Assembly (NCBI GenBank): GCA_041661385.1
Contig: JBAZUP010000001.1
Location: 289,709-353,708, forward strand
Source of the DNA: Patescibacteria group bacterium
Lineage (GTDB): Bacteria > Patescibacteriota > Patescibacteriia > Magasanikbacterales > GWA2-37-8
Length of the DNA stretch: 64,000 bases
Direction of reading: 5' to 3'
Part shown: positions 29,006-41,001 of the stretch, in pieces
How positions within the stretch are numbered: position 1 is the stretch's first letter
Layout: each line of letters opens with the position of its first letter
Notes under the pieces: generated by a model
What the model was told of the DNA's origin: nothing
Databases searched by the model: none
The model's input: only the letters and a program-made list of their open reading frames with translations
Made by a program: the position numbers and the translations under genes

Positions 29006-29563
29006 ATGAAAAAGTACATTTATCTCACGATTTTTATTACTATAATGGTCATCGGAGGCATACTTTACCTGCTATATTTATCTAATTTAAAGCCAAAAGA
29101 AGCGATTCTCGTTGGTGCGGATAGAGATGCTCATGGTTGTATTGGTTCAGCCGGCTACAGTTGGTGCGAACCAAAACAAAAATGCTTAAGAATTTGGGAA
29201 GAAAAATGCGAACCAGACCAGATAAAATCAATAAATTTAATTTCTCCAAACGGCGGGGAAGAATGGAAAACCGGAGAAACACATTTAATAAAATGGTCAT
29301 CAGAAAATATTCCCAAAGAATATAAAATTTCAATCCACTTAAGACGTGTTCCTCCGCCCCCGCTTCAAAAAGAGGGACAAGAGTTTGATCCGATCGCCTT
29401 TATTAATTTGGAAAATAACGGCAGTACAACCTGGAAAATTTCAGATATGTACCCAACCGGTAATTATCTTATGGAAATTGTCAGTTACCCCTCAATACCG
29501 ATTACAACAACAACTTCCGATGAAAGCAGTAGCACCTTTAAAATTATTTCTTCTAAAAAATAA
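29006..29563 (+). CDS. membrane-anchored hypothetical protein
   Basis: N-terminal TM, Cys pair, Pro-rich linker. Confidence 0.4.
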   Translation: MKKYIYLTIFITIMVIGGILYLLYLSNLKPKEAILVGADRDAHGCIGSAGYSWCEPKQKCLRIWEEKCEPDQIKSINLISPNGGEEWKTGETHLIKWSSENIPKEYKISIHLRRVPPPPLQKEGQEFDPIAFINLENNGSTTWKISDMYPTGNYLMEIVSYPSIPITTTTSDESSSTFKIISSKK

Positions 29564-29667
29564 TTAATATTTTATCTCTCAATATTTTGCTGTATATTAA
29601 TGCTTGGTCGAAGTTTACACGTTTTAATATATATGATAGATTAAATTATTAATTATTAATAATACTT

Positions 29668-29895
29668 ATGTCCGAAGAAACAGCCGTAACAAAAGATTGT
29701 AATGGGAATATCTTAAACGAGGGAGATTCCGTCCAGCTAAATAAAGATTTAAAATTAGGCGGTTCTTCTACCACCTACAAAATTGGTACCGTATTCAAGA
29801 ATATTCGTTTAACTTCAGATACCGAAGCGATAGAATGTAAAGACGGAAAAACAACAATTGTACTCAAAACAATGTTCCTCAAAAAGAGAAAATAA
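29668..29895 (+). CDS. PhnA/YjdC-like C-terminal domain protein
   Basis: DCNGNILNEGDSVQLNKDLKLGGSS...GTVFKNIRL matches PhnA C-domain consensus. Confidence 0.6.
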   Translation: MSEETAVTKDCNGNILNEGDSVQLNKDLKLGGSSTTYKIGTVFKNIRLTSDTEAIECKDGKTTIVLKTMFLKKRK

Positions 29896-29993
29896 TCAAA
29901 ACTCGTTAAACCTTATTTCTAAAACAGTCCGGTGGACCGTATTGTATATTTAGTGTATTATTAGATAAATATATAGGTTTTTTTCTCAAAAAT

Positions 29994-30254
29994 ATGAAAA
30001 ATAAGTTAGGCATAGTAACTCTTGCAATTTCACTTACTTACATGTTCTTGGGATTACCGTCACAAGTTATAGAAATTTGGAAGACACAAAGCGTAAAAAA
30101 TGTTTCGATTTTAATGTTTTCGTTACTTACTATCCAGTCAATTTTTTGGGTAGCTTACGGCATACAACGTAAAGATAAATTTGTTGTTATTGCTAATTTT
30201 TTTGGCAGCCTATTTTCTGCAATGATCGTTGTGGAGTACTTAATATTTCACTAA
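29994..30254 (+). CDS. SemiSWEET / PQ-loop family small sugar transporter
   Basis: 86 aa, 3 TM, GLPSQVIEIWKTQSVKNVS PQ-loop-like motif. Confidence 0.55.
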   Translation: MKNKLGIVTLAISLTYMFLGLPSQVIEIWKTQSVKNVSILMFSLLTIQSIFWVAYGIQRKDKFVVIANFFGSLFSAMIVVEYLIFH

Positions 30255-30269
30255 CCCATCATTCATTTT

Positions 30270-30593
30270 ATGACTGGAAAACAAATTTCAGTTGAAGAAT
30301 TAATGGATCTTATTAATAAAGGACTGCCCTCCGACAGCGCTATTATTGATGTGAGAACACCGGAAGAATTTTCAAAAGGGGCAATTTCCGGCGCAATCAA
30401 TATCCCTGTCGATCAGGTCGCAAATAATACTGACAAACTAAAAGGCTTTAAAAAGCTCTACATTCATTGTTTGTCCGGAGGCAGAAGCCAAATTGCAGTC
30501 GCCCAGCTTGAAGCGCTAAATCTACCAATTGAATTATACAATGTGACTAGCGGTATCCTCGCTTGGCGCAAAGCCGGATACCCGCTTCAATAA
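30270..30593 (+). CDS. rhodanese-like sulfurtransferase domain protein
   Basis: IIDVRTPEEF ... active-site loop HCLSGGRS. Confidence 0.8.
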   Translation: MTGKQISVEELMDLINKGLPSDSAIIDVRTPEEFSKGAISGAINIPVDQVANNTDKLKGFKKLYIHCLSGGRSQIAVAQLEALNLPIELYNVTSGILAWRKAGYPLQ

Positions 30594-30685
30594 TCTTGAA
30601 CAAGAAATACTCTTGACAGCAACTAGTCGTTGTGGTAAACTATATACATCTTAAATTTGCGTCTCCAATTCAACCGCGAATTTCC

Positions 30686-30719
30686 AAACCCGCCAAAACC
30701 TGGCGGGTTTGCTTTTTTT
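30686..30719 (+). terminator. terminator AAACCCGCC-loop-GGCGGGTTT + T7
   Basis: Perfect 9-bp stem and T-run; preceded by TTGACA-17-TAAACT at 30613-30641. Confidence 0.5.
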
Positions 30720-30808
30720 GTAACCTTTTAAGGCTATTTAGGGTAGAAATATAGTGAAAAGGTCGATCTTTCTTAATTCCTTAAGACAAACCTTAATTAG
30801 CTTAATAT

Positions 30809-32137
30809 ATGAATAAAACAATTACCTCATTAGTTATCGGCGCGATGACACTTTCGTCCATTGTCGCCGTTTCCCCTGCTTTGGCCAAAAATGATAACAA
30901 CAAGGGAAAAAACGAAGAACATAAAAATAACAACTCCGTGGTAACCTTTGTTAAGACCTCGGACGATGATTCAAGCCGACTTAAAATTCTTACCAACAAA
31001 AACATGGTCAAGGTTCAAGAAGTTGGTAAAAACCGAACAAAAAATTCAGTAAATTTAAAGTTCAAATTACACCAAGGCGATGATGACTTTAAAGTTACTG
31101 TCCCTCGTGGCACCTACACTTCAAGCTCAGTCGCATTCATCGATGCGGTAAAGCAAGCTTTTGCGGTTTATAAAACTGCAATGACAACTGCTAAACAAAA
31201 CTTCATTACAGCAGTTCAAGCCGCTCGCTCAGCTTACTTAACTCCAACTACCACCCCAACTAATACTGCTCCAACGATCGTAACAGCTGCAATTGCGAAC
31301 CCATCTGTAACAACGGGTACAACTTCAAACTTGTCCATTCTCGGTGCAGATAATGGCGGTGAAGCGAATCTAATTTATACTTGGTCAGTTGTCAGCAAGC
31401 CTGCTTCTGCTTTGAATCCTACCTTTAGTGTAAACGGAAACAACATTGCTAAAAACACTGTTGCTACCTTTAGCGCTACTGGTACTTACCAATTCCAAGC
31501 AACTATTACCGATGCTGGATCACTCTCTGTAACATCTAGTTTAGTTACCGTAATTATTAACCCAGTTACAGCAAACGCAGCTCCAACCGTTACTACCGCC
31601 GCAGCTGCCTCCCCAACAATCTTAACCGGTAATAGCACCACTCTCTCCGTTCTCGGAGCTGATGATGGTGGAGAAAACAATCTCACCTATACCTGGTCAA
31701 CCGTCAGTAAACCAGCACTTTCAGCCGCTCCAACCTTTAGTATTAATGGCACCAATGCCTCTAAAAACACTGTTGCCACCTTTACTTCAGCAGGAAATTA
31801 TCAATTGCAGGTTACAATTACTGATTCCGGATTACTCTCGACGACCTCACTCGTGAGCGTGACCGTAAACCAGACCTTAACTTCAGTATCTGTTTCCCCT
31901 GCCTCAATTACAGTTAATAGCGGCAGTTCAACACAGTTTACTGCAACCGCTCTTGATCAATTCAACGCCTTACAAGCATCAACTTTTTCCTGGTCCATCT
32001 TTGAAGGAATTCTCGGTGGCTCAATCAATGGAACAGGCCTATACACGGCCACTTCCACAACTGGAACTTTCCACGTGATTGGAACTAGCAATGTTGATAC
32101 AAGCAAGAAAGCCACTTCTACAGTTATTGTCCAATAA
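30809..32137 (+). CDS. secreted surface protein with tandem Ig-like (Big-type) domains
   Basis: Signal peptide; two ~105-aa near-identical repeats plus a Big_2-like third domain. Confidence 0.5.
   Translation: MNKTITSLVIGAMTLSSIVAVSPALAKNDNNKGKNEEHKNNNSVVTFVKTSDDDSSRLKILTNKNMVKVQEVGKNRTKNSVNLKFKLHQGDDDFKVTVPRGTYTSSSVAFIDAVKQAFAVYKTAMTTAKQNFITAVQAARSAYLTPTTTPTNTAPTIVTAAIANPSVTTGTTSNLSILGADNGGEANLIYTWSVVSKPASALNPTFSVNGNNIAKNTVATFSATGTYQFQATITDAGSLSVTSSLVTVIINPVTANAAPTVTTAAAASPTILTGNSTTLSVLGADDGGENNLTYTWSTVSKPALSAAPTFSINGTNASKNTVATFTSAGNYQLQVTITDSGLLSTTSLVSVTVNQTLTSVSVSPASITVNSGSSTQFTATALDQFNALQASTFSWSIFEGILGGSINGTGLYTATSTTGTFHVIGTSNVDTSKKATSTVIVQ
31240..31870. repeat. two tandem ~315-bp intragenic repeats
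   Basis: Repeated ...LGADNGGEANLIYTWS.VSKPA...NTVATF...TITD.G units. Confidence 0.6.
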
Positions 32138-32199
32138 GAACCTAACGCAACTAAAAAATCCCGTCTATACAACGGGATTTTTTTATTAACTAAGGTTTT

Positions 32200-35151
32200 T
32201 TATGGAATGCTAACTTGTAAAGTTTTCCAAATCCCATCAAAGACCCCCTCTTCACCATTGAAGCGGATCAAATACGTACTTTTTTTATAACCCAAAGGAT
32301 ATAGATCGATAATTTTTTCACTAGTAGAAGCGGTTTTTAAATTAAAAGTTTTTGTTTCAAAACCGTTCCAAGTACTAGTCGCAACGAGTAATGCGCTTGC
32401 CGGATCGGCTTTTTTCACCTTTGAAAAACTAAATTTCTTAGTTCCTTCCGGAGAAATAAAACCGGCAGTGCCAACCCGGTGTTCCACGTGCCAGGTTGCT
32501 GGAAAACTTAACTGAAGTTTTACATAGTCATTTTCCTCCGCATAAATCTGTCTCGCGGCTCGTTCGCGTTCCGCTTGCATTGCTTCGTAGCGCTCGCGTA
32601 GATTACGTGAGACCTGCAACACTTGTTCGGAAACCGCCGATTGCACCCGCTGTTCTATCTCGGCATTACTGACACTTTGACAAGTAAAACCAACTAGAAT
32701 TAGCGATACGCCAATTACCCCAAAGAAAGATGCCGCCTTAACCGCAACCGAGAGACCCGGCGCGCTCGGCCGAGTGCCGACTTTCTTTTCCATCGCAGCG
32801 ATACGTTCACGGGTTTTAAGAACAGTATCGGGATTAAGCGAAATGCTATCTATTCCTTCTTGCACCAAGAATTCGGCAAATTCCGGATAGTCACTCGGCG
32901 CCTGTCCGCAGATACCGACATGTCGTTTATTTTCGTGGGCAACCTTGATAACTTCGCGGATCAATTTCTTTACCGCAGCATTCTTTTCGTCATAAACATG
33001 ACTTACCACCGCCGAATCACGATCTACTCCAAGAGTAAGCTGGGTAAGATCATTGGAACCGATGCTAAATCCATCAAATATTTCACAAAATTCTTTAGCC
33101 AAAATAACATTGGCTGGAATCTCGCACATTACATAAACTTGTAGGCCGTCTTTTCCTTTTTCCAAACCGTATTCTTTCATTACTGCCAAAACCTTTTTGC
33201 CTTCTTCTACGGTGCGGCAAAACGGTACCATGACAATAAGATTTTTCATGCCCCAAGTATTCCGGACTTTCTTTATAGCCTCACATTCTATTTTGAACGC
33301 AGGCTTGAATTTTTCATCATAATAACGCGATGCGCCGCGCCAGCCGATCATTGGGTTTTCCTCTTTTGGTTCGTAATCGTGTCCGCCAATCAGAGTCGCA
33401 TATTCGTTGGTCTTAAAATCCGACAAACGTACGATTACATCATTCGGATAAAATGGCGCGGTAATATATGCAATACCTTCAGCCAGCTTATCGATAGCAT
33501 ATTGCACTTTGTCGGTATAACCGACAGTTAATTCATCTATTTGTTTTTTAACGGCCTTATCTTTAATTTTATTATAATTGATGAGGGCCATCGGATGAAT
33601 CTTGATGAAATCGGTATAGATAAATTCTTCGCGAGCAAGACCGACGCCATCATTTGGAATACGCGATAGAGCAAAGGCACGTTCCGGGTCGCCAACGTTC
33701 ATCATGATTTTGGTTCGAAGTTTATCAAACTTCTTAATTTCGGTCTTTTCTACTTCAAATGGCAACAGACCTTCATATATGATACCAGTTTCACCTTCGG
33801 CGCAAGAAACTGTGACAACCTCACCGCGTTTTAGAATTTTCCGGGCATCTGCCGCACCCACCACGCAGGTTATTCCGAGTTCTCGACTGACAATTGCCGC
33901 ATGTGATGTTTTGCCGCCCTGCTCCGTAACAATGGCTCCGGCAATTTTCATAATCGGCTCCCAATCCGGATCCGTAATACGCGTAACCAAAACTTCTCCA
34001 GGCTTGAAATTCTTCATCTGCTTTGGAGAATCGATGATGTGAACTTTACCTTGGCCAATGCGTTGGCCGACAGCCGACCCAGTAAGTAAAACCTTACTCC
34101 GTTTTCCGAGTTTGTAGGTTTCCATGAGAGTGGTTGAAAGGCGGGATGCTACGGTTTCAGCACGGGCTTGAACGATATACATCTTTCCGGTGTTGCCGTC
34201 TTTGGCCCACTCAATATCCATCGGGTGTCCATAATGCTCTTCAATAATCATTCCCCATTTGGCCAATGCGAGCACCTCATCATCATTGATACAGAATTTT
34301 TTTCTATCTGCCAATTTAACTTTAAATTCTTTTACACCGCGTCCGCCTGGGCCATGCATTTCTTTTATTTCCTTACTGCCGAGGCGCTTGCTCATGACAG
34401 CAGGAAGGCCGAGTTTAACACCTTCTTTAAAGACATAAAACTGATCCGGGGTTACCGAACCTTGCACAACAAAATCACCTAGACCATAGGCTGCGTTAAT
34501 AAGTACAACCCCTTTATATCCGGATTCAGTGTCTAATGTGAACATAACGCCCGAGGTGCCGATATCGGACCTAACCATTTGTTGAACACCGACCGAAAGC
34601 GCAATGGCCATTTGATCAAATCCTTTATCTTCACGATAAGAAATTGCGCGATCTGTAAAGAGTGACGAAATACACTTTCGTGCTGCATCCATGAGTTCTT
34701 CGGGTCCACGGACATTCAAATAAGTTTCCTGCTGACCGGCAAACGATGCATCCGGCAAATCTTCGGCAGTAGCGCTACTTCGCACCGCAACCGCAACATC
34801 TTCGACGCCGCACATTTTTGAAAGTTCGTTATAGGAAGAAATTATTTCATTCTTCATTTCTTCTGGAAACTTTGCTTCTAGAATCATTTTACGAACTTTG
34901 GAACCAACCGTGGATAGAGCGCGAACATTTTTGGTATCAAGTCCGGTCACGGCTTCCTTAATTTTTTTATCGAGTAAATTTTCAGAAATAAAAAATCGGT
35001 AAGCATCTGCCGTAAGCGCAAATCCATTTGGAACCGGAACTCCTTTTACAGCCAGTTTGGCAACCATTTCACCAAGCGATGCGTTTTTACCACCCACTTG
35101 AGGAATATCTTCAATACGTAAATCTTTAAACCAACGAATATACTTTGCCAT
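32200..35151 (-). CDS. ppsA: phosphoenolpyruvate synthase (pyruvate, water dikinase) with ~190-aa C-terminal TM-anchored extension
   Basis: Full PpsA N-terminal ATP-grasp, phospho-His and PEP-utilizing (GSNDLTQ) domains to ~aa 795, then a TM helix and extra domain with no intervening stop. Confidence 0.85.
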   Translation of the reverse strand: MAKYIRWFKDLRIEDIPQVGGKNASLGEMVAKLAVKGVPVPNGFALTADAYRFFISENLLDKKIKEAVTGLDTKNVRALSTVGSKVRKMILEAKFPEEMKNEIISSYNELSKMCGVEDVAVAVRSSATAEDLPDASFAGQQETYLNVRGPEELMDAARKCISSLFTDRAISYREDKGFDQMAIALSVGVQQMVRSDIGTSGVMFTLDTESGYKGVVLINAAYGLGDFVVQGSVTPDQFYVFKEGVKLGLPAVMSKRLGSKEIKEMHGPGGRGVKEFKVKLADRKKFCINDDEVLALAKWGMIIEEHYGHPMDIEWAKDGNTGKMYIVQARAETVASRLSTTLMETYKLGKRSKVLLTGSAVGQRIGQGKVHIIDSPKQMKNFKPGEVLVTRITDPDWEPIMKIAGAIVTEQGGKTSHAAIVSRELGITCVVGAADARKILKRGEVVTVSCAEGETGIIYEGLLPFEVEKTEIKKFDKLRTKIMMNVGDPERAFALSRIPNDGVGLAREEFIYTDFIKIHPMALINYNKIKDKAVKKQIDELTVGYTDKVQYAIDKLAEGIAYITAPFYPNDVIVRLSDFKTNEYATLIGGHDYEPKEENPMIGWRGASRYYDEKFKPAFKIECEAIKKVRNTWGMKNLIVMVPFCRTVEEGKKVLAVMKEYGLEKGKDGLQVYVMCEIPANVILAKEFCEIFDGFSIGSNDLTQLTLGVDRDSAVVSHVYDEKNAAVKKLIREVIKVAHENKRHVGICGQAPSDYPEFAEFLVQEGIDSISLNPDTVLKTRERIAAMEKKVGTRPSAPGLSVAVKAASFFGVIGVSLILVGFTCQSVSNAEIEQRVQSAVSEQVLQVSRNLRERYEAMQAERERAARQIYAEENDYVKLQLSFPATWHVEHRVGTAGFISPEGTKKFSFSKVKKADPASALLVATSTWNGFETKTFNLKTASTSEKIIDLYPLGYKKSTYLIRFNGEEGVFDGIWKTLQVSIP

Positions 35152-35216
35152 AATTTATTATATTTCCGGTGATGCTATTAATGGCATCCCCCTATTTTCA
35201 AAGTTGATTTATTATA

Positions 35217-37238
<2,022 letters not shown>

Positions 37239-37325
37239 TTATCTTAGCCAAAATCTATCATTTATCCACCAGGGCATTATATCAATATCTTGACAAAAGC
37301 TCAAGAATATGAGAGTGTATTATCA

Positions 37326-37418
37326 CTTGCGGCCTCCGAGTTCCTCGTAGTACGCAGATCCGCGGCTCAAACCCGCACCTCAAGCAGGGGCCGCATGCAT
37401 TTCGCATGCGGCCCCTAA
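37326..37418. other. GC-rich (~62%) structured intergenic element with perfect 12-bp hairpin GGGGCCGCATGC-atttc-GCATGCGGCCCC
   Basis: Seen directly; between pilD terminator and ligA promoter (minus strand: -35 TTGAGC 37299-37304, -10 TATAAT 37276-37281). Confidence 0.3.
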
Positions 37419-37432
37419 TCTATTTATAAAAC

Positions 37433-37456
37433 AAAATCCCCTAATGGGGATTTTTT
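37433..37456 (-). terminator. terminator AAAATCCCC-taat-GGGGATTTTTT
   Basis: Downstream of pilD stop; bidirectional A/T flanks. Confidence 0.5.
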
Positions 37457-37469
37457 ATTTACCTAAATT

Positions 37470-38258
37470 CTAATACCTGACCAACCGCAAATACCAGCTA
37501 ATAATTTCGTTACCCCAAAGCAGAACCACAAATGTCCCAATCGATAAAAAAGTTCCAAACGGAATGGCCGAAGACATTTCTTTTTTCTTCAAAGCAATCA
37601 ACGCTAAACTAAAAACCGCACCAAAAATATAACTGATAAATAACGCCGCGAGCCCCGCTTGCCACCCCAGCCAAAAACCCATCATAGCACCAAGCATTAT
37701 ATCTCCCCCGCCGATCCATTTACCTTTTGAAACCAAAAACTGAAACAGAAAAAAACCGCCGCAAATTAACGCGCCAAAAACTAAATTATACGGGTCGTAT
37801 ACTAAGTATTTTATATTTATAAACAACCCGACAGTAGAACCGAGTAGAATTACACTCGGTAAAATGAGTTGATATTTTGCGTCGTAAACAAACACTACAA
37901 TAAGCAGAGCGGAAAAAAATAGATCGCGAAACGATTGAATAGCAGAAAGATTGAAGTCAACCGAATGTCCAACAACCAAGGTAAAAATTACACCGGTAGC
38001 AAGCTCCACTAAAAAATAAGATTTCGGAATCGGCTTTCCACAAGTACGGCATTTACCTTTTAAAAATAAAAAACTAAATAAAGGAATATTTTCAAACCAA
38101 CTAAGTTTTCGTTCGCAATGAACACACATACTGCGCCCGCCAAAACAATACTTTTTCTCATGTATTCTCCACATCCACGAATTCAAATAACTACCAAGCA
38201 AAAGGCCTAAAACAAAAATAAACGAATAAACTACCGGCGAATAAATATCAATAAACAT
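37470..38258 (-). CDS. pilD: type IV prepilin peptidase (A24 family)
   Basis: N-terminal Zn-binding CxxC...CxxC, DUF/peptidase A24 TM core. Confidence 0.8.
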   Translation of the reverse strand: MFIDIYSPVVYSFIFVLGLLLGSYLNSWMWRIHEKKYCFGGRSMCVHCERKLSWFENIPLFSFLFLKGKCRTCGKPIPKSYFLVELATGVIFTLVVGHSVDFNLSAIQSFRDLFFSALLIVVFVYDAKYQLILPSVILLGSTVGLFINIKYLVYDPYNLVFGALICGGFFLFQFLVSKGKWIGGGDIMLGAMMGFWLGWQAGLAALFISYIFGAVFSLALIALKKKEMSSAIPFGTFLSIGTFVVLLWGNEIISWYLRLVRY

Positions 38259-38347
38259 AGGAATAATTTGGTGATATTATAGCACAATTTACCTAAAACA
38301 AAACCCCCCGCTTTTTGTAGCGGGGGGTCAACCTTTCGAAAAGTTGA

Positions 38348-38812
38348 TTAGTCGGTAATTCCTGATTGCGATAATGTAACTCCACCAGACAAGCCATTAA
38401 CTGTACCTTCCAATGTGGCGGTGACAGTGTATGTGCTGGAAGCTGCATTATAGGTATAAACGAGAGCTCCAGTATCATTTGGATCGCCTGGAACGCTACC
38501 CATATAAGCGTTAGCACAACCTGTTGCGTGCCAACCGGCGTTATCTAAACAAGCATAGTTGCCTGTTGCTGTAGTCGCTGGGCTTCGCAGAGGTCCTAAC
38601 ACTACGTTTGAACCTGCTGGGTAAGCATTTTGATCGGTGTAGTATAATTCCAAAGCAGTTTGAATTTGCTTAAGATCTGACATGCGTTTAGCGTCTCTAG
38701 CCTTCACACGAGCGTTGCCGAGGGCAACTACCGCGAGAGTGGACAAAAGACCGATAATGGCGATGACGACCAAAAGTTCGATCAAAGTAAAACCTTTCTT
38801 ATTCATTTTCAT
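38348..38812 (-). CDS. type IV pilin-like protein (prepilin N-methylation motif)
   Basis: [19 protein letters not shown] class III signal peptide; start MKMNKK preceded by GGAGGTGA RBS (ORF track extends to 38902). Confidence 0.75.
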   Translation of the reverse strand: MKMNKKGFTLIELLVVIAIIGLLSTLAVVALGNARVKARDAKRMSDLKQIQTALELYYTDQNAYPAGSNVVLGPLRSPATTATGNYACLDNAGWHATGCANAYMGSVPGDPNDTGALVYTYNAASSTYTVTATLEGTVNGLSGGVTLSQSGITD

Positions 38813-38852
38813 ATTGTCACCTCCCTTCCAAAATTTGTATTCTTCATATTTT

Positions 38853-39323
38853 TTATGGGGAAATTCCAGAACCGATTCCTGAAGGCGAAAGATGTATCGC
38901 ACCCGACAAACCGTTTACCTGACCTTCAAGTGAAGCTGTAACATTAAATGAGCTTGAAGCCGCCGTGTAAGTATAAACCAAGCTGCCGCTATCATTTGGG
39001 TCGGCTGGCACCACTCCCAAATAAGGATCTGTACAAGCAGTTACGACATGAAAACCGGAATGATCTAAACAAGCATAGGACCCAGTCGCTGTTCCTCCGG
39101 CCTTTGCTGTTCCCAAAATAATTCCATTTCCAACCGGGTAAGCATTTTGATCACCATAATATAGTTCCAGGGCGGTTTGGATTTGTTTTAAATCCGACAT
39201 TCGTTTGGCATCCCGAGCTTTCAATCGCGCATTACCCATTGCAACGGTTATAATTGTTGATAATAAACCAATGATAGCGATTACGACTAGAAGTTCGATC
39301 AAAGTAAAGCCGCGTCTATTCAT
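38853..39323 (-). CDS. type IV pilin-like protein, tandem paralog
   Basis: [19 protein letters not shown]; first ~60 aa nearly identical to neighbour. Confidence 0.8.
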   Translation of the reverse strand: MNRRGFTLIELLVVIAIIGLLSTIITVAMGNARLKARDAKRMSDLKQIQTALELYYGDQNAYPVGNGIILGTAKAGGTATGSYACLDHSGFHVVTACTDPYLGVVPADPNDSGSLVYTYTAASSSFNVTASLEGQVNGLSGAIHLSPSGIGSGISP

Positions 39324-39375
39324 AATTTATTTTAAATACTTTTTTCCAAAAACATTATAACACATTTCTTGACTA

Positions 39376-39756
39376 CTAGATATGCAGAACCTTTTTAACT
39401 TTTTCAACAATTTCTGAAGGTTTAAAATGCGCCTTTATAAGATAATCAACCGCACCCGCTTCGAGACCCTTATCAACATCGTCTTTTTGTCCAAGATTAG
39501 TAAGAAGGATAACCGGAATATTTTTTGTTTCAGCATCCTCTTTTAGTTGAGCCAAAACTGAAAACCCATCTCGCTTTGGCAATAAAATATCGAGCAGGAC
39601 GATGTCCGGCTTCTTCTTTTTGGCTTCAGCGAGCACCTTTTCTCCATTATCCACCGGCGTCACTTTAAAACCTTCCATTTCAAACTTTTTTTGATAAATA
39701 CTGGAAAGAAAAATATCATCTTCTACCAGCAAAACATTAATAGTCTTTTTATCCAT
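39376..39756 (-). CDS. single-domain response regulator (CheY-like receiver)
   Basis: LLVEDD...phospho-acceptor D in VLLDILLP..DG; T and K residues conserved; start MDKK at 39756. Confidence 0.75.
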   Translation of the reverse strand: MDKKTINVLLVEDDIFLSSIYQKKFEMEGFKVTPVDNGEKVLAEAKKKKPDIVLLDILLPKRDGFSVLAQLKEDAETKNIPVILLTNLGQKDDVDKGLEAGAVDYLIKAHFKPSEIVEKVKKVLHI

Positions 39757-39773
39757 ATTTATAATATTATAGA

Positions 39774-40952
39774 TTATAACACATTCCGAAGTGCGAGACC
39801 AATCGAAACCGCGAGGCGCGGCGCAATTGTGCGGAGAGCAGGTTTTAAACCCTCTTGATAAACCACTCGCCCCCACGGATCACCTACATAACATTTAATA
39901 TTAAATTTTTCGCTAATTTTTTCGGCCAAATAAGGGAAAAAAGCTGAACCGCCGGAAAGAATAATTTTTTCAGGTTTTTTACCGCGATTGTTACTCTGCC
40001 GAGTATACAGCTCAAGACTGTATTCGATTTCTTTAATGATTGGATCAATAACCTGAGAAAATAAAGTTAAAAATTCTTCTTTTCCTAAAGTATGATTTTC
40101 TTTTACATCAAGAATATGGCTGAACAAATCCTTTTTTACCCGGTTAATCATACTCATATCGATACCCAAAATTTTCGCGAGAATCTGGTTGATTCTTTCA
40201 CCGCCAAGCTCAATACTATGATGAGTAATTGGGAAAGTCTGTTCGACAATAAAAAAATTAGTGCGCTCAGCGCCAATATCAATGAGCATGGCAGTAGCAG
40301 TGTCACGACCAATGAGCGCTCTAGAAAGAGCGATTGATTCTGGTTCAAGAGATTCAAGTTGTAGACCGGCTTCTTTAAATACTTCCGTATAAAAAACCAC
40401 CAGCGCCTTTGGGGCGGCGTTTACCAAAACTCTTTGTTCATGATAAGTATCATCGGTTCCTCCGGGGAAAATTTCATGCTCAAGAGCCATTTGTTCAAGC
40501 GGATAAGGTAAAAGTTTTTTTACTTCGGCATTTAAAATCCGGTCAAATTCTTCTTTTTTTACTTTTGGCATCGTAACAACGGCATGAAAAACCGAAGATA
40601 CCGGCAAACTGGCGACTGCGATTTTACTTTGTGTTTTCGCTTCGGCGCAAACCGTGCGAAGAAGTTTACCAAAAGTCTTAACCTGCTGTTGATCAATTTG
40701 AAAAAATGATTGTTGTTTGGTATTTTCGTCCGAGGAAAGGTTGTTTGCGTAAGCGGCAGAAAAATCTGATTTAAGTTCAGTCTTGGCTAGAAGCCGATGA
40801 ATTTCCTGCGGCTGGCGAGTAAAACCATAGGTAAATAAAACCGGACGATTTTTTTCTTTTTTCAATTCTACAATCTTAATTCCACCGGCGCCAATGTCCA
40901 CTCCGATGTATGCGTCTGGTTTCTTGAAAAACATATGAGATAAGTATACCAA
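39774..40952 (-). CDS. pilM: type IV pilus assembly protein PilM (actin-like ATPase)
   Basis: GVDIGAGGIKIVEL actin/HSP70 fold N-terminus. Confidence 0.7.
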   Translation of the reverse strand: MVYLSHMFFKKPDAYIGVDIGAGGIKIVELKKEKNRPVLFTYGFTRQPQEIHRLLAKTELKSDFSAAYANNLSSDENTKQQSFFQIDQQQVKTFGKLLRTVCAEAKTQSKIAVASLPVSSVFHAVVTMPKVKKEEFDRILNAEVKKLLPYPLEQMALEHEIFPGGTDDTYHEQRVLVNAAPKALVVFYTEVFKEAGLQLESLEPESIALSRALIGRDTATAMLIDIGAERTNFFIVEQTFPITHHSIELGGERINQILAKILGIDMSMINRVKKDLFSHILDVKENHTLGKEEFLTLFSQVIDPIIKEIEYSLELYTRQSNNRGKKPEKIILSGGSAFFPYLAEKISEKFNIKCYVGDPWGRVVYQEGLKPALRTIAPRLAVSIGLALRNVL

Positions 40953-41001
40953 AAATTCGTCTATTATGCTACAATCCTGTTGATAACTAACTGGCTTTTA
41001 T

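Noticed and set aside
30613-30719. Independent sRNA between rhodanese gene and Ig-repeat gene
   Set aside because: The -10 element is weak (TAAACT). More likely this is a leader or terminator of the neighbouring genes. Mentioned only as context.
37326-37418. SRP (4.5S) RNA as identity of the GC-rich hairpin element
   Set aside because: No GGAA tetraloop or GGAAGCAG domain-IV motif on either strand.
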